Shown: positions 18,252-26,660 of the stretch, piece after piece
How the letters are laid out: the number at the start of each line of letters is the position of its first letter
Position numbering within the stretch: the stretch's first letter is position 1
From: a virus
Direction: 5' to 3' (one strand)
IMG/VR virus record: IMGVR_UViG_3300045256_000173
Length of the DNA stretch: 64,000 nt
Position numbers and translations under genes: made by a program
Notes under the pieces: model-generated
The model's input: the letters and a program-made list of their open reading frames with translations, nothing else
Databases searched by the model: none
What the model was told of the DNA's origin: nothing

Positions 18252-20174
18252 TCACTTCCGCTTGCTGCGCCGGCCGGGCCAGCGGCCCGTCGCGTCGTGG
18301 TAGTAGGTGGCGCACAACCCTTCCGGGTCGGTCACGTACTTCCCGAGGTGGGCGACGCAGCGTTTGAACGCGCCCGGCGCGCCCCACGCGACCTTCCCGG
18401 CCCCGGGCCCCGCCACCCAGTACTGGTGCAGGTCCTTGTCGGAGCGAGCCGCGCGCAGGTCGTACAGCACGTTCGGTACCGCCGGCATGCCGGCGTCAGC
18501 CGCTTCGGCGGTGGGATCGTCGGGCGGATCCACCGGGTCCACCGGGTCGCCGTCGTCCAGCTCGCCGTCCGGGACCATCGACCCCGGGCTGGCGTCGGCC
18601 GGGTCCTGGCCGGCGCGCTGCCGGTCCGCCGCCGCCTGGCCGCCACCCAGAGGTGGGCCCGCCGGCCACTCGAAGTTCCCGTCCTCGTCGAGTAACTGCT
18701 CCACGATCTTGTCGACCTGCCGCACACCGATCGCCGTCAGCATCAGCCGCAGCACCACCTCAGGCGGCACCGTGCCCGTGTCCGACGCCGTCTTGATTGC
18801 CTGAACGACCTTCGTCACGTCGGTGTCGTCGAGGTCCGGCCAGTCGATGTCGATCGTCAGGTCCGTGTCCCCCGCGAGGGCGACCTGCTCCCGGCCCGTC
18901 CAGTTGTCCCGGCGGATCACCCCGCGCAGCGGACCGGACACCGCCCGGACCGCTTCGGTGATGACGTACAGCAGGATCCGCTGATAGGCAGCCGCCCACA
19001 GGTCCCGCCGCTGCCCCATTGCCAACTCGGTCGGCTGGTCCAGTGTCTCGGCGACCGCCCGGGCCCCGGTCTGGCCGGGGTCGGCGAGCAGCATCGTCAC
19101 CGGCACGTCCAACGCCGACGCGACCATCGTCGCCAGAGGCCGACCCGAGTCCGCGTCGATCGTCGCACCCGACTTGGAGATCGCCTCCAACTGAACGTCC
19201 GGCCCCAGCACCGCGGTGCCGCCGGCCAGCATCGGCTCACCGGTGCTCGGGTCCCGGCCCGGACCCTGCGCCACCCGCGCCTTCACCGCGTTCGCCTTCC
19301 GGCCCGGGGTGGTGGCCTTCCACGCGTACCGGGACAGGGCGCGCATCAAACGCGCCCAATCCTCCAGGAACTCCTTGTACGCCTTCGCCCAGTCGATCGC
19401 CGCATACGCGTCGGGGATACCACGGTCCCAGCCGTGCGGCCGGTTCGCCGCCACATGCAGCACCGGGGACTCCCACCGCACCGGCTGCCGGCCGATCTGC
19501 CGGGGGCGGGTCGCCGGCCGGTAGTCGACCGCCGGGTAGTACGCCTCCAGCGTGTCGTGGGTGACGCTCCCGGTCACCGGGTCGAGGGTTTGCCGCACCC
19601 ACCGCCGGTGGTAGTACCACGGCTCCGTGCGGTCCTCCGGGTTCGTGACCACCCGCACGATCTCGTCGGCGCCGATGGTGCGGACCTGCACCTGCCCCGT
19701 CGACGGGCGGGTGAACAAGGTCAGGAACACCTCACCGTCGGTGCCGAGCGCGTGTTCCAACTGGTCCCGCGCCTCCGCGCCCGTGACGGCCCGCTGGTTC
19801 GCCGGGTCGGTCAGGAAGTCGTTGATGACCTTCTGCACGTCCTGCTCACCGGGCTGCCGGCCGTTCGCCCGGGCCGAGATTTCCACGCCCTGGCCCCACA
19901 CGTACGCGCTGCGTAGGTTCAGGCCACGGCGGATCAGCGGCGACTTGATCGCGTACAGGCGGCAGATGGCCCGCAGCCGCACCATGCCCTCGGCGGAGAA
20001 CTCCTGCTCGGCGTTCGCGAGGACCGCGATCCAGCCGGGCTCGTTCAGGGACCGCTCCAGGTCGGCGACGGACTCCGACAGGAGCTGGTTGTTGCCGACC
20101 TGCTGGGTGAGCTGCTCCGACAGCTGCCGGACCTCGGCCCGCAACTCCCGGGTCTCGGTAAAGGGAATCCGCAT
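18252..20174 (-). CDS. Portal protein with a C-terminal extra domain
   Basis: 640 aa after TerL; SPLIRRGLNLRSAYVWGQG...GTDGEVF portal-like region; acidic linker then a distinct 60-aa tail. Confidence 0.88.
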   Translation of the reverse strand: MRIPFTETRELRAEVRQLSEQLTQQVGNNQLLSESVADLERSLNEPGWIAVLANAEQEFSAEGMVRLRAICRLYAIKSPLIRRGLNLRSAYVWGQGVEISARANGRQPGEQDVQKVINDFLTDPANQRAVTGAEARDQLEHALGTDGEVFLTLFTRPSTGQVQVRTIGADEIVRVVTNPEDRTEPWYYHRRWVRQTLDPVTGSVTHDTLEAYYPAVDYRPATRPRQIGRQPVRWESPVLHVAANRPHGWDRGIPDAYAAIDWAKAYKEFLEDWARLMRALSRYAWKATTPGRKANAVKARVAQGPGRDPSTGEPMLAGGTAVLGPDVQLEAISKSGATIDADSGRPLATMVASALDVPVTMLLADPGQTGARAVAETLDQPTELAMGQRRDLWAAAYQRILLYVITEAVRAVSGPLRGVIRRDNWTGREQVALAGDTDLTIDIDWPDLDDTDVTKVVQAIKTASDTGTVPPEVVLRLMLTAIGVRQVDKIVEQLLDEDGNFEWPAGPPLGGGQAAADRQRAGQDPADASPGSMVPDGELDDGDPVDPVDPPDDPTAEAADAGMPAVPNVLYDLRAARSDKDLHQYWVAGPGAGKVAWGAPGAFKRCVAHLGKYVTDPEGLCATYYHDATGRWPGRRSKRK

Positions 20175-20189
20175 GAAGGCCGGACCCCC

Positions 20190-22832
20190 TTACACCGGTG
20201 AGATGCCGAACCCGTCGTCTTCTTCGTCCTCGACGACCTGATCCGGCAGCGGCGTCGCCACAGCGGTCAGCGTCAGCGCGTCCGCCCGGTCCGGGGATGG
20301 CAGGCCCCGCTTCTTCATGTCCGCCTTCGACTCGATCTGAATCTGCTGCCGGGCCGTGTACTTGTACTTCATCGCCCCCAACTGGGCGGCCAGGTCGTCG
20401 TCGTTCGGGTCGATGTCGATGTCGCCGGCCTCGAAGCGTTCCCGGACCGCCCACCACCACTCGGCGCGGGCGTTGAGGAAGTGCTCCGAGTCGACAGCCC
20501 TGCCGCCGGCCTGCATGTCGACAACGTCGTGGCCGAGCTGCACCAGCTGGTCGACGACACCGCCGCCGACACCCACACCGTCGACGCGGATCTCATCCAC
20601 GTGGTGTTCGGTCTTCGCGACGATCACCTTGCTGGTGGTGTCGGTGGTGGCCTGCATGGCGTGGTCACCGACGATGCGGGCGACGGGGCCGCGGCGCAGG
20701 CAGAACACCGTGCGGTCGGAGCCGTAGCGGGCGACGTCGACGCCGAGGATCGACCACGGCCCCGGCTCGCACGAGCGGTCCTGGGCGGCGGCGATCCACG
20801 CGGGTGGGATCAGCACGTCCTCGCCGATGTCCGGGAACTCGCCGAGGACCTTCGACGTGAAGCGCGGCGAGGTGACGCCCCAGCGGCGCATCTTGTCCGC
20901 GACCCACTCCGGGTCGAGCATGAGCGGCCGCAGGCCGTCGGGCACGAACTCGTCGGACGGGCCCAGCCCGAGCCGCTCGAACAACTCCGGCAGGCCGGGC
21001 TGCTCGGCGATCCGCTCGGCGGTCATGTTCGGTGTTTCGAGGCCGGAGATGCGGATGACGTTCCAGCCGGAGCCGGGCTTGCACACCTCGTTGAACTCCG
21101 TCGACGGGTCGTCGGGGTTCCCGATCGCGAGGATGCGGCAGTCGGCGTTCGTGGTGATGGCCTCGACGGCGGTGTACAGCTGGGTGGGGATGCCGCACGC
21201 CTCGTCGAGGATGACCAGCACGTACCGACGGTGGATGCCTTGGAAGCCGTGCTCGTCGGTGTCGGCGGGTTTCCGGCCGAACCCGATGAGGGTGCCGTCG
21301 TCGAGTTTCCACTCGTCGGACTGCAACACCCGGCCGGGCAGCGGCTCGCCGCGGCCGGCGGCTTTCTTCGCGGCGGCGCGGATCTCTTCCCACAGGATCG
21401 CGTGGACCTGCTTGTAGGTGGGTGCCGTGGACACGACGATCGCCTCACCGGGCGGGTGGGTGTCAAGCCACCAGGCGGCGATACGGGACGCGATCCAGCT
21501 GTTGTGCTCGACGAACGTGGTGAGGAACGTGTGGTACGTCTCGACCGAGATCACCACCGTGGGCAGGTCGCCCATCGGCTCGACCTCGGCCACCGTCTCC
21601 CACCGGTACCCGGCAGGGCACTCCCGGCGCATCCACCGCGACGGGCGCTGTGACCGGCTGGCGACCTCAACGACCTGCGCAACGGCCGCTTCCTTGCCGA
21701 AAATCCCGACGACCTCAGCGAACCGGATCTGATCCTCGGCTCGGTTGACGGCCCACTCCCATGCGTCGAACGTCTTGCCGTCTAGCTTGATCGCGCGGCG
21801 GCGCGTCTGACCGACAACGCCGAGGCGCAGCGCGGCCAGCTCGACCTCGCGGATCAGCTGCTCGGACGCCAAGGTGATGCCGATCTGCGCGCGCTCGCTG
21901 CCCCGGTCGTTGCGGACGTAGGCGTATCCGTCGCACGCGAACAGCCGATTCAGGAACAGCGCCAGTTTCTCGTCTGGGAGTTGCCACGCGGCGACCGGGA
22001 ACCGCTTTTCCTTGGCGCGGACGCCGAACATTCCGTGCTCGCGGACAAGGTTGAGCACCGGGTTCGACCCGGCTCGGCCCGAGCGACCGCCGGCTGCATG
22101 GATGGTGACCGTGTACTTGCTCGACGGCGTGCGGTCGACCCGGCCCCCGAGGCGAACGGCCACCTCGCAGAACTCGTCCATCGCTGGACCAGCCTGCTGG
22201 GTGAAGCAGATTTCCCGTGTGGTGCCGCCATCGCCGAGCAGATAGGCGAGCAGCTTGATCTGGTCGTCGGTCAACGGCGACGGCCGCTGCGGCATGTTCA
22301 GCCGCTCGGGAACCAAGACCAGGTCGCCAGGCTTGACGTCCTCGGTGTTCGTCCATCCGATCGAGGTCACGACAGAGCGGTTACCCGGTCCACCGCCGGT
22401 CCGCTTGCCGAGAAACAGGGGGTGGTTCCCGGTGCGGATAACCTCACGGCCGTGCTTGGTGCGTACCCGGTACGTCGGCTTGACGCCGTTGTCGGTGGCC
22501 CATGCCGTGGTCGGGATTTGCTGGCCGTCGGGCGCGAAGGCAAGAACCTGGAACGTGGTGCCAACGAGGTCAGTGGCCTTCATGAGGCGACCATCGGCGA
22601 GGGGAATCACGCTCTCACTATATACGCACTTGCCGGCGTTGTGGCACGACTTCACGGCGGTGCGCCGGTTGTCCCGCACGCTCTCGGCGATCTGCCGCTG
22701 CTTGGACCACAGGAACTCACCGAGCCGGTTCTGACACCAGCCGACGGGGTCGGCGAGGTACGGCGACGGTGGCTTCGGCTTGAACCGTTCGGCGGCCTCG
22801 GCCCAAGCCATGCTGATGTCGAGCAGGGTCAC
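20190..22832 (-). CDS. Terminase large subunit (intein-containing)
   Basis: Walker A KSCHNAGK|S, Walker B VILDEA, nuclease LGVDVARYGSD and SPDRADAL. Confidence 0.95.
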   Translation of the reverse strand: MTLLDISMAWAEAAERFKPKPPSPYLADPVGWCQNRLGEFLWSKQRQIAESVRDNRRTAVKSCHNAGKCVYSESVIPLADGRLMKATDLVGTTFQVLAFAPDGQQIPTTAWATDNGVKPTYRVRTKHGREVIRTGNHPLFLGKRTGGGPGNRSVVTSIGWTNTEDVKPGDLVLVPERLNMPQRPSPLTDDQIKLLAYLLGDGGTTREICFTQQAGPAMDEFCEVAVRLGGRVDRTPSSKYTVTIHAAGGRSGRAGSNPVLNLVREHGMFGVRAKEKRFPVAAWQLPDEKLALFLNRLFACDGYAYVRNDRGSERAQIGITLASEQLIREVELAALRLGVVGQTRRRAIKLDGKTFDAWEWAVNRAEDQIRFAEVVGIFGKEAAVAQVVEVASRSQRPSRWMRRECPAGYRWETVAEVEPMGDLPTVVISVETYHTFLTTFVEHNSWIASRIAAWWLDTHPPGEAIVVSTAPTYKQVHAILWEEIRAAAKKAAGRGEPLPGRVLQSDEWKLDDGTLIGFGRKPADTDEHGFQGIHRRYVLVILDEACGIPTQLYTAVEAITTNADCRILAIGNPDDPSTEFNEVCKPGSGWNVIRISGLETPNMTAERIAEQPGLPELFERLGLGPSDEFVPDGLRPLMLDPEWVADKMRRWGVTSPRFTSKVLGEFPDIGEDVLIPPAWIAAAQDRSCEPGPWSILGVDVARYGSDRTVFCLRRGPVARIVGDHAMQATTDTTSKVIVAKTEHHVDEIRVDGVGVGGGVVDQLVQLGHDVVDMQAGGRAVDSEHFLNARAEWWWAVRERFEAGDIDIDPNDDDLAAQLGAMKYKYTARQQIQIESKADMKKRGLPSPDRADALTLTAVATPLPDQVVEDEEDDGFGISPV
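21501..22628 (-). mobile_element. Intein (376 aa) with LAGLIDADG homing endonuclease in TerL
   Basis: Starts C(VYSES), ends HN before Ser+1; block B IRTGNHPLF; LAYLLGDGG and FLNRLFACDG motifs. Confidence 0.93.
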
Positions 22833-22945
22833 CGTTCACCCCCGCGTGCTGGCCTGCTCCTCATGCTCACCGGCCAACCGAGCAGCGACCCGACCAGCAT
22901 CACCCAGGCGGCGATCGTGCGGGCACGCCGGAACCGCTGCTGCAC
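22829..22945 (-). CDS. Small membrane peptide (38 aa), possibly truncated
   Basis: Manually read MQQRFRRARTIAAWVMLVGSLLGWPVSM...; RBS present and GTGA overlap with the TerL start. Confidence 0.45.
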   Translation of the reverse strand: MQQRFRRARTIAAWVMLVGSLLGWPVSMRSRPARGGER

Positions 22946-22960
22946 CGGCGCCCCCTCCGG

Positions 22961-23257
22961 TCAGGGCGCGTCGGCCAGGGCGCGGTCGGGCTTGCGGTCC
23001 AGCGCCGCCCAGTCCCGCTGCTTGCGGTACGACTTCGGGGAGCGCCTGGTTGCGGCCTCGGCCTTCGCCCCGTCCAGGTAGCGGAAGCGGCGGTGACCGC
23101 GCCAGTTCCGGTCGGCGAGGGGCAGGAACACGCGTACGCCGTTCCGGTCGAGGTAGCCGTCGGTGTGCCAGCGGTTGACGAGCTGCGCGGACACGCCGAG
23201 CGCCTTGCCCATCTCGGCGGCGGTCAGCTTCGCGTCAGGGTCAGCGGTCAGCCGCAC
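22961..23257 (-). CDS. MerR/Xis-like HTH DNA-binding protein
   Basis: LTAAEMGKALGVSAQLVNRWHTDG; GTG at 23257 with GAGGGG RBS. Confidence 0.7.
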   Translation of the reverse strand: MRLTADPDAKLTAAEMGKALGVSAQLVNRWHTDGYLDRNGVRVFLPLADRNWRGHRRFRYLDGAKAEAATRRSPKSYRKQRDWAALDRKPDRALADAP

Positions 23258-23277
23258 CGGCCACCCCCTCAGATGCG

Positions 23278-23316
23278 ACGAAGCCCCGCACGCCGGGATG
23301 GGCTGCGGGGCTTCGT
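23278..23316 (-). terminator. Terminator-like hairpin at the start of the late operon
   Basis: 13-bp stem ACGAAGCCCCGCA/TGCGGGGCTTCGT just downstream of an AT-richer promoter-like stretch. Confidence 0.6.
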
Positions 23317-23387
23317 GACGTTCAGTAGGCATAGCTTCGCCGGGCACTACGTTAAATCCTCGGGTGGGATTCCGCCAGTGCCAGTGA

Positions 23388-24401
23388 TCACACCGCCCGA
23401 AGATCAGCCGTTCGGCGGGGCCGAAGCCGCATCAGGTCGGCCACCTCCTCCGGCGCACGCGCGGACCGCTCGTCGGCGGCCTCGGCCTTCACCAGGTCCC
23501 GGTACTGGCCGATCGTGAACACCTTCAGGCAGTCCGGGTTTTGGCATTCCACGTCCCCGGTGCCGTCCTGCCGGCGGAACAGCATCCGCAGGTCGCAGCG
23601 GTCACACGGCACGCCCTCGCACTGCTCGGCTTCGGGGTCGAAGTCGCCGAGGGCCCCCATCATCTGCCCGCGCACCCGCTGGACGGCGGCGGCGAACGCG
23701 TCGATGCCGGGGTGGTGGTCGCACGCCCAGTCGAGGCGCTTGCCCAACCAGTCCACGAGGTGGGGGATGGTGGGGGTGGGCCGCCAGCGGGCGCCGGGCG
23801 CACCGGCGTCGATCCACGCCCGCACTTCCTGGTCGAGGACCTGCGCGACGGGCACCTCACCGATCTGGTCGCCGGCGGGAACCATCACCTTGTGGCCGTT
23901 CGGGTCACGGCGGGGCTGCCTGTCCAGGACGGTGAACCGGTCGGTGACGTGCTGGAAGTCGCGGTGGAGGGTGACGGTGCCGTCGCCGTTGTCGACGAGC
24001 CGGTCGGCGGCTTGGAACCGGGTGTGGTTGACGGTGACCGGGGTCAACGCGCTGGCCTGCACCCAGTTGTCGCCGGTGGTGTCGATGGGTCGGCCGCCGT
24101 CGCGGACCACGTCGCCGAGGAGGTCGTGGATGTGGAGGTCGATCGGGACGGGTGCCTCGTCGGCGCCGCCGGTGACGATGATGTCGGGGGCGAGGGACGG
24201 GGCGGGCCCGGCGGCGAGTGGGGTGTGGGCGGTGTCGGCGGCGGGGATGAGTTCGCCGGCGAGCCGGTCGGCGAGGTCGGGGATGCTGGCGAGGGCGAGG
24301 GGCAGCCAGTTGCGGCAGGGGTCGCAGACTTGGCCGCTGTCGCGGGGCCGTTTCTGGCAGACGGCGCAGTCGGTGTCGGTCGGGTGGTCCTCGTGGGTCA
24401 T
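23388..24401 (-). CDS. Zn-binding phage protein, candidate late-gene regulator
   Basis: CAVC, CDPC, CEGVPCDRC and CQNPDC motifs; last early gene before the late promoter region. Confidence 0.6.
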   Translation of the reverse strand: MTHEDHPTDTDCAVCQKRPRDSGQVCDPCRNWLPLALASIPDLADRLAGELIPAADTAHTPLAAGPAPSLAPDIIVTGGADEAPVPIDLHIHDLLGDVVRDGGRPIDTTGDNWVQASALTPVTVNHTRFQAADRLVDNGDGTVTLHRDFQHVTDRFTVLDRQPRRDPNGHKVMVPAGDQIGEVPVAQVLDQEVRAWIDAGAPGARWRPTPTIPHLVDWLGKRLDWACDHHPGIDAFAAAVQRVRGQMMGALGDFDPEAEQCEGVPCDRCDLRMLFRRQDGTGDVECQNPDCLKVFTIGQYRDLVKAEAADERSARAPEEVADLMRLRPRRTADLRAV

Positions 24402-24511
24402 GGCCGCCACTCCTCGAGGTATCCTGGCCGGTCGGCGTACGGCAGGGCCAGCAGGCGCACGGTCGAGCAGGGTTCCGCCTTCAAGCATCCCTCGCATCTG
24501 AGGTCGACGAA
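24398..24511 (-). pseudogene. Orphaned 3' end of a DUF6221-like gene cut by the IS
   Basis: FVDLRCEGCLKAEPCSTVRLLALPYADRPGYLEEWRP* resembles the DUF6221 C-terminus; ATGA-coupled to the next gene. Confidence 0.55.
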
Positions 24512-24680
24512 TTGACATCCTCTCCGCCCTAAAGGACGGAGATTCCCTCCACGCTGCGCGTGGAACACGCGACGTCCGGGTGGGTTACCGCTTCTCTGCG
24601 CGCCGCCGAGACGAGTCCCGGTCTTACATGCGCTCCACGGTCGTTTGAGTTGTCCGCCTGTCCGGCGGCCAACACGTTCT
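24512..24680 (-). ncRNA. Predicted omegaRNA/reRNA scaffold (5' boundary approximate)
   Basis: Established for TnpB that the scaffold overlaps the tnpB 3' end and RE; here the tnpB stop lies inside the RE hairpin. Confidence 0.55.
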
Positions 24681-25761
24681 TCGCGGCGTTGTGATCGCGA
24701 TCGTGGGTGCTGCCACACGGGCACGCCCACGATCGGATCGACAGATCCATCTTCTCGTTGATCCGGCCGCAGTCCGAGCACATCTTCGTGCTGGGGAACC
24801 AGCGGTCGACCCTGGCGAAGGTCCGCCCGTACCGGGCGGCCTTGTACTCCAACATGCCCGTGAACGACGCCCAACCGGCGTCGTGCACGGACTTCGCGAG
24901 CCGGGTCCGGCCGAGACCGACGACGCACAGGTCCTCGACATAGATCGCTTGGTTCTCGCGAACTACGTTCGTGGAGAGTTTGTGCTGCCAGTCCCGCCGG
25001 GTGTCGGCCACCCGGGCGTGCGCCCGAGCGACCTTCACGACGGCCTTTTTGCGGTTCTGACTCCCGCGCTGCTTGCGGGAGAGAGCCTGTTGCAGCCGCT
25101 TGAGCTTGCGGGCCGCGCGGCGCAGAAACTTCGGTGCCGCGACCTTCGTGCCGTCCGACAGGACTGCGAAGTGGGTCAGGCCCAGGTCGATGCCAACCTC
25201 GGATTCGACCGGCGGCAACGCCTCGTCCGTCACCTGCACAACGAACGAGGCGAAGTACCGGCCAGCCGCATCCCGGATGATCGCCACACTCGACGGATCG
25301 GAGGGCAGCGCCCGCGACCAGCGGACCGGCAGGTCGCCGATCTTCGGCAGCCGCAGGCGGCCGTTGTCGAGGACCTTGAACCGGGAGTTCTTCGTGAACC
25401 GGATCGCCTGCCGGTTGTCCTTGCGGGACCGGAACCTCGGCGGGGCCACCTTGCGGCCCTTGCGCTTGCCCGTGATCGAGGCGAAGAAGTTGCGGTACGC
25501 CGTGTTGAGGTCCGCCAGTGCCTGCTGCAACACGACCGACGACACCTCGCCCAGCCACGCCCGTTCCGGCGTTGCCTTCGCCTCGGTGATCAGGCGGCGG
25601 GACAGTTCGCCGTCCGAGATGTACTTCTCGCCCGCCTCCCGGGCCTGCTGGCGCAGCCTGAGTCCGTCGTTGAACACCACCCGCGCACACCCGAACGCCC
25701 GAGCCAGCTCGATCTGTTGGACGGGCGTCGGGTAGACGCGGAAGTTGTACCGGAGCTGCAC
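24529..25761 (-). CDS. tnpB: TnpB RNA-guided endonuclease
   Basis: YNFRVYPT...GCARVVFN; RuvC GIDLG, YVEDL, DRDHNAA; zinc finger CSDCG/CPCG. Confidence 0.97.
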   Translation of the reverse strand: MQLRYNFRVYPTPVQQIELARAFGCARVVFNDGLRLRQQAREAGEKYISDGELSRRLITEAKATPERAWLGEVSSVVLQQALADLNTAYRNFFASITGKRKGRKVAPPRFRSRKDNRQAIRFTKNSRFKVLDNGRLRLPKIGDLPVRWSRALPSDPSSVAIIRDAAGRYFASFVVQVTDEALPPVESEVGIDLGLTHFAVLSDGTKVAAPKFLRRAARKLKRLQQALSRKQRGSQNRKKAVVKVARAHARVADTRRDWQHKLSTNVVRENQAIYVEDLCVVGLGRTRLAKSVHDAGWASFTGMLEYKAARYGRTFARVDRWFPSTKMCSDCGRINEKMDLSIRSWACPCGSTHDRDHNAAKNVLAAGQADNSNDRGAHVRPGLVSAARREAVTHPDVACSTRSVEGISVL

Positions 25762-25786
25762 GAGAAGCACTGTACCATGTTGGTTT

Positions 25787-26203
25787 ATGGCCGACCTTGA
25801 AGGTATACGCACTGGTAGACACTGTGTCTTTGCTCTGCACGCTCACTTGGTCTTCGTGACGAAGTTCCGGCACCCCGTGTTCGGTGACCGGCACCTCGCC
25901 CGAATGGAAGAGATCATGCGGGCGGTGTGCGCCGACTTCGAGACCGAGTTGGTCGAGTTCAACGGGGAGAACAACCACGTCCACCTGCTCGTCAACTTCC
26001 CGCCCAAGGTCGCCCTGGCGAAGCTGGTCAACAGCCTCAAGGGCGTGTCCAGCAGGAGGATGCGGCAGGAGTTCCCCGACCTCGTACGGCACTACTACCG
26101 GGCCAACAAACTCTGGTCTGGTTCGTACTTCGCGGGCTCCGTCGGCGGCGCCCCGCTCTCGATCGTGAAGCAGTACATCGAGCAGCAGAACCGCCCGGTT
26201 TAA
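25787..26203 (+). CDS. tnpA: Y1 HUH transposase
   Basis: HLVFVTKFR, HVHLL (HUH), LWSGSYF, catalytic KQYIEQQ. Confidence 0.97.
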   Translation: MADLEGIRTGRHCVFALHAHLVFVTKFRHPVFGDRHLARMEEIMRAVCADFETELVEFNGENNHVHLLVNFPPKVALAKLVNSLKGVSSRRMRQEFPDLVRHYYRANKLWSGSYFAGSVGGAPLSIVKQYIEQQNRPV

Positions 26204-26285
26204 GGCACTGCTCGGGCCTTGGCGGCCCTCCCAGCGCGGGCCTTCACCCCCGGCCTGAAGGCCGGAGCACTGGCCCGCCAATCCG

Positions 26286-26503
26286 GTAGCGGGGACAACG
26301 GCGGGCAACAGCGCCCCGCAGCGGCCGGCGGCGGCGAGCCGACCAGCAACGGCCAGCGACGCCAGCACGGTGTGGGCATAGTGCCCTCGTTCGGCCTCGT
26401 CCGGGTCGGTGTCGTCGGGCACCCACACCGGCGATTCTTCGGCGTCGACAAGCGCGCGAACAACCAACTGCACGTCGTCGTCGGTGTACGGCCTGCCCAT
26501 CAC
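26286..26503 (-). pseudogene. 5' part of a small gene interrupted by the IS
   Basis: MGRPYTDDDVQLVVRAL... has good GC3 and runs into the IS left end. Confidence 0.55.
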
Positions 26504-26660
26504 CGCCGCCTCCCCGCCACAAGCCCCAACAGCCGCCGCCGGCGCCGAGCCCGCAACACCACCACCGCCAGCACACCCGGCAACCGCACCGCCACCACCT
26601 CCGACGACAACTCGACCAGGGGATGCGGCACACTACCCGACCCGTCAACCAACCCGCCCG

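Larger units (their letters stand above)
24512..26285 (-). mobile_element. IS200/IS605-family IS605-group element, 1774 bp, divergent tnpA/tnpB
   Basis: RE: GAAT guide + CTCCGTCC-TTTA-GGGCGGAG hairpin ending TCAA (24512); LE: AGTG guide + CTCCGGCC-TTCA-GGCCGGGG hairpin, cut after CTAC (26286-26289). Confidence 0.92.

Noticed and set aside
24398-26503. 701-aa ORF reading through the whole IS (possible IStron or fusion protein)
   Set aside because: It is the codon-position-3-first frame of tnpB, which is expected to be stop-poor at high GC3. The 1774 bp are filled by tnpA/tnpB, leaving no room for a group I intron core
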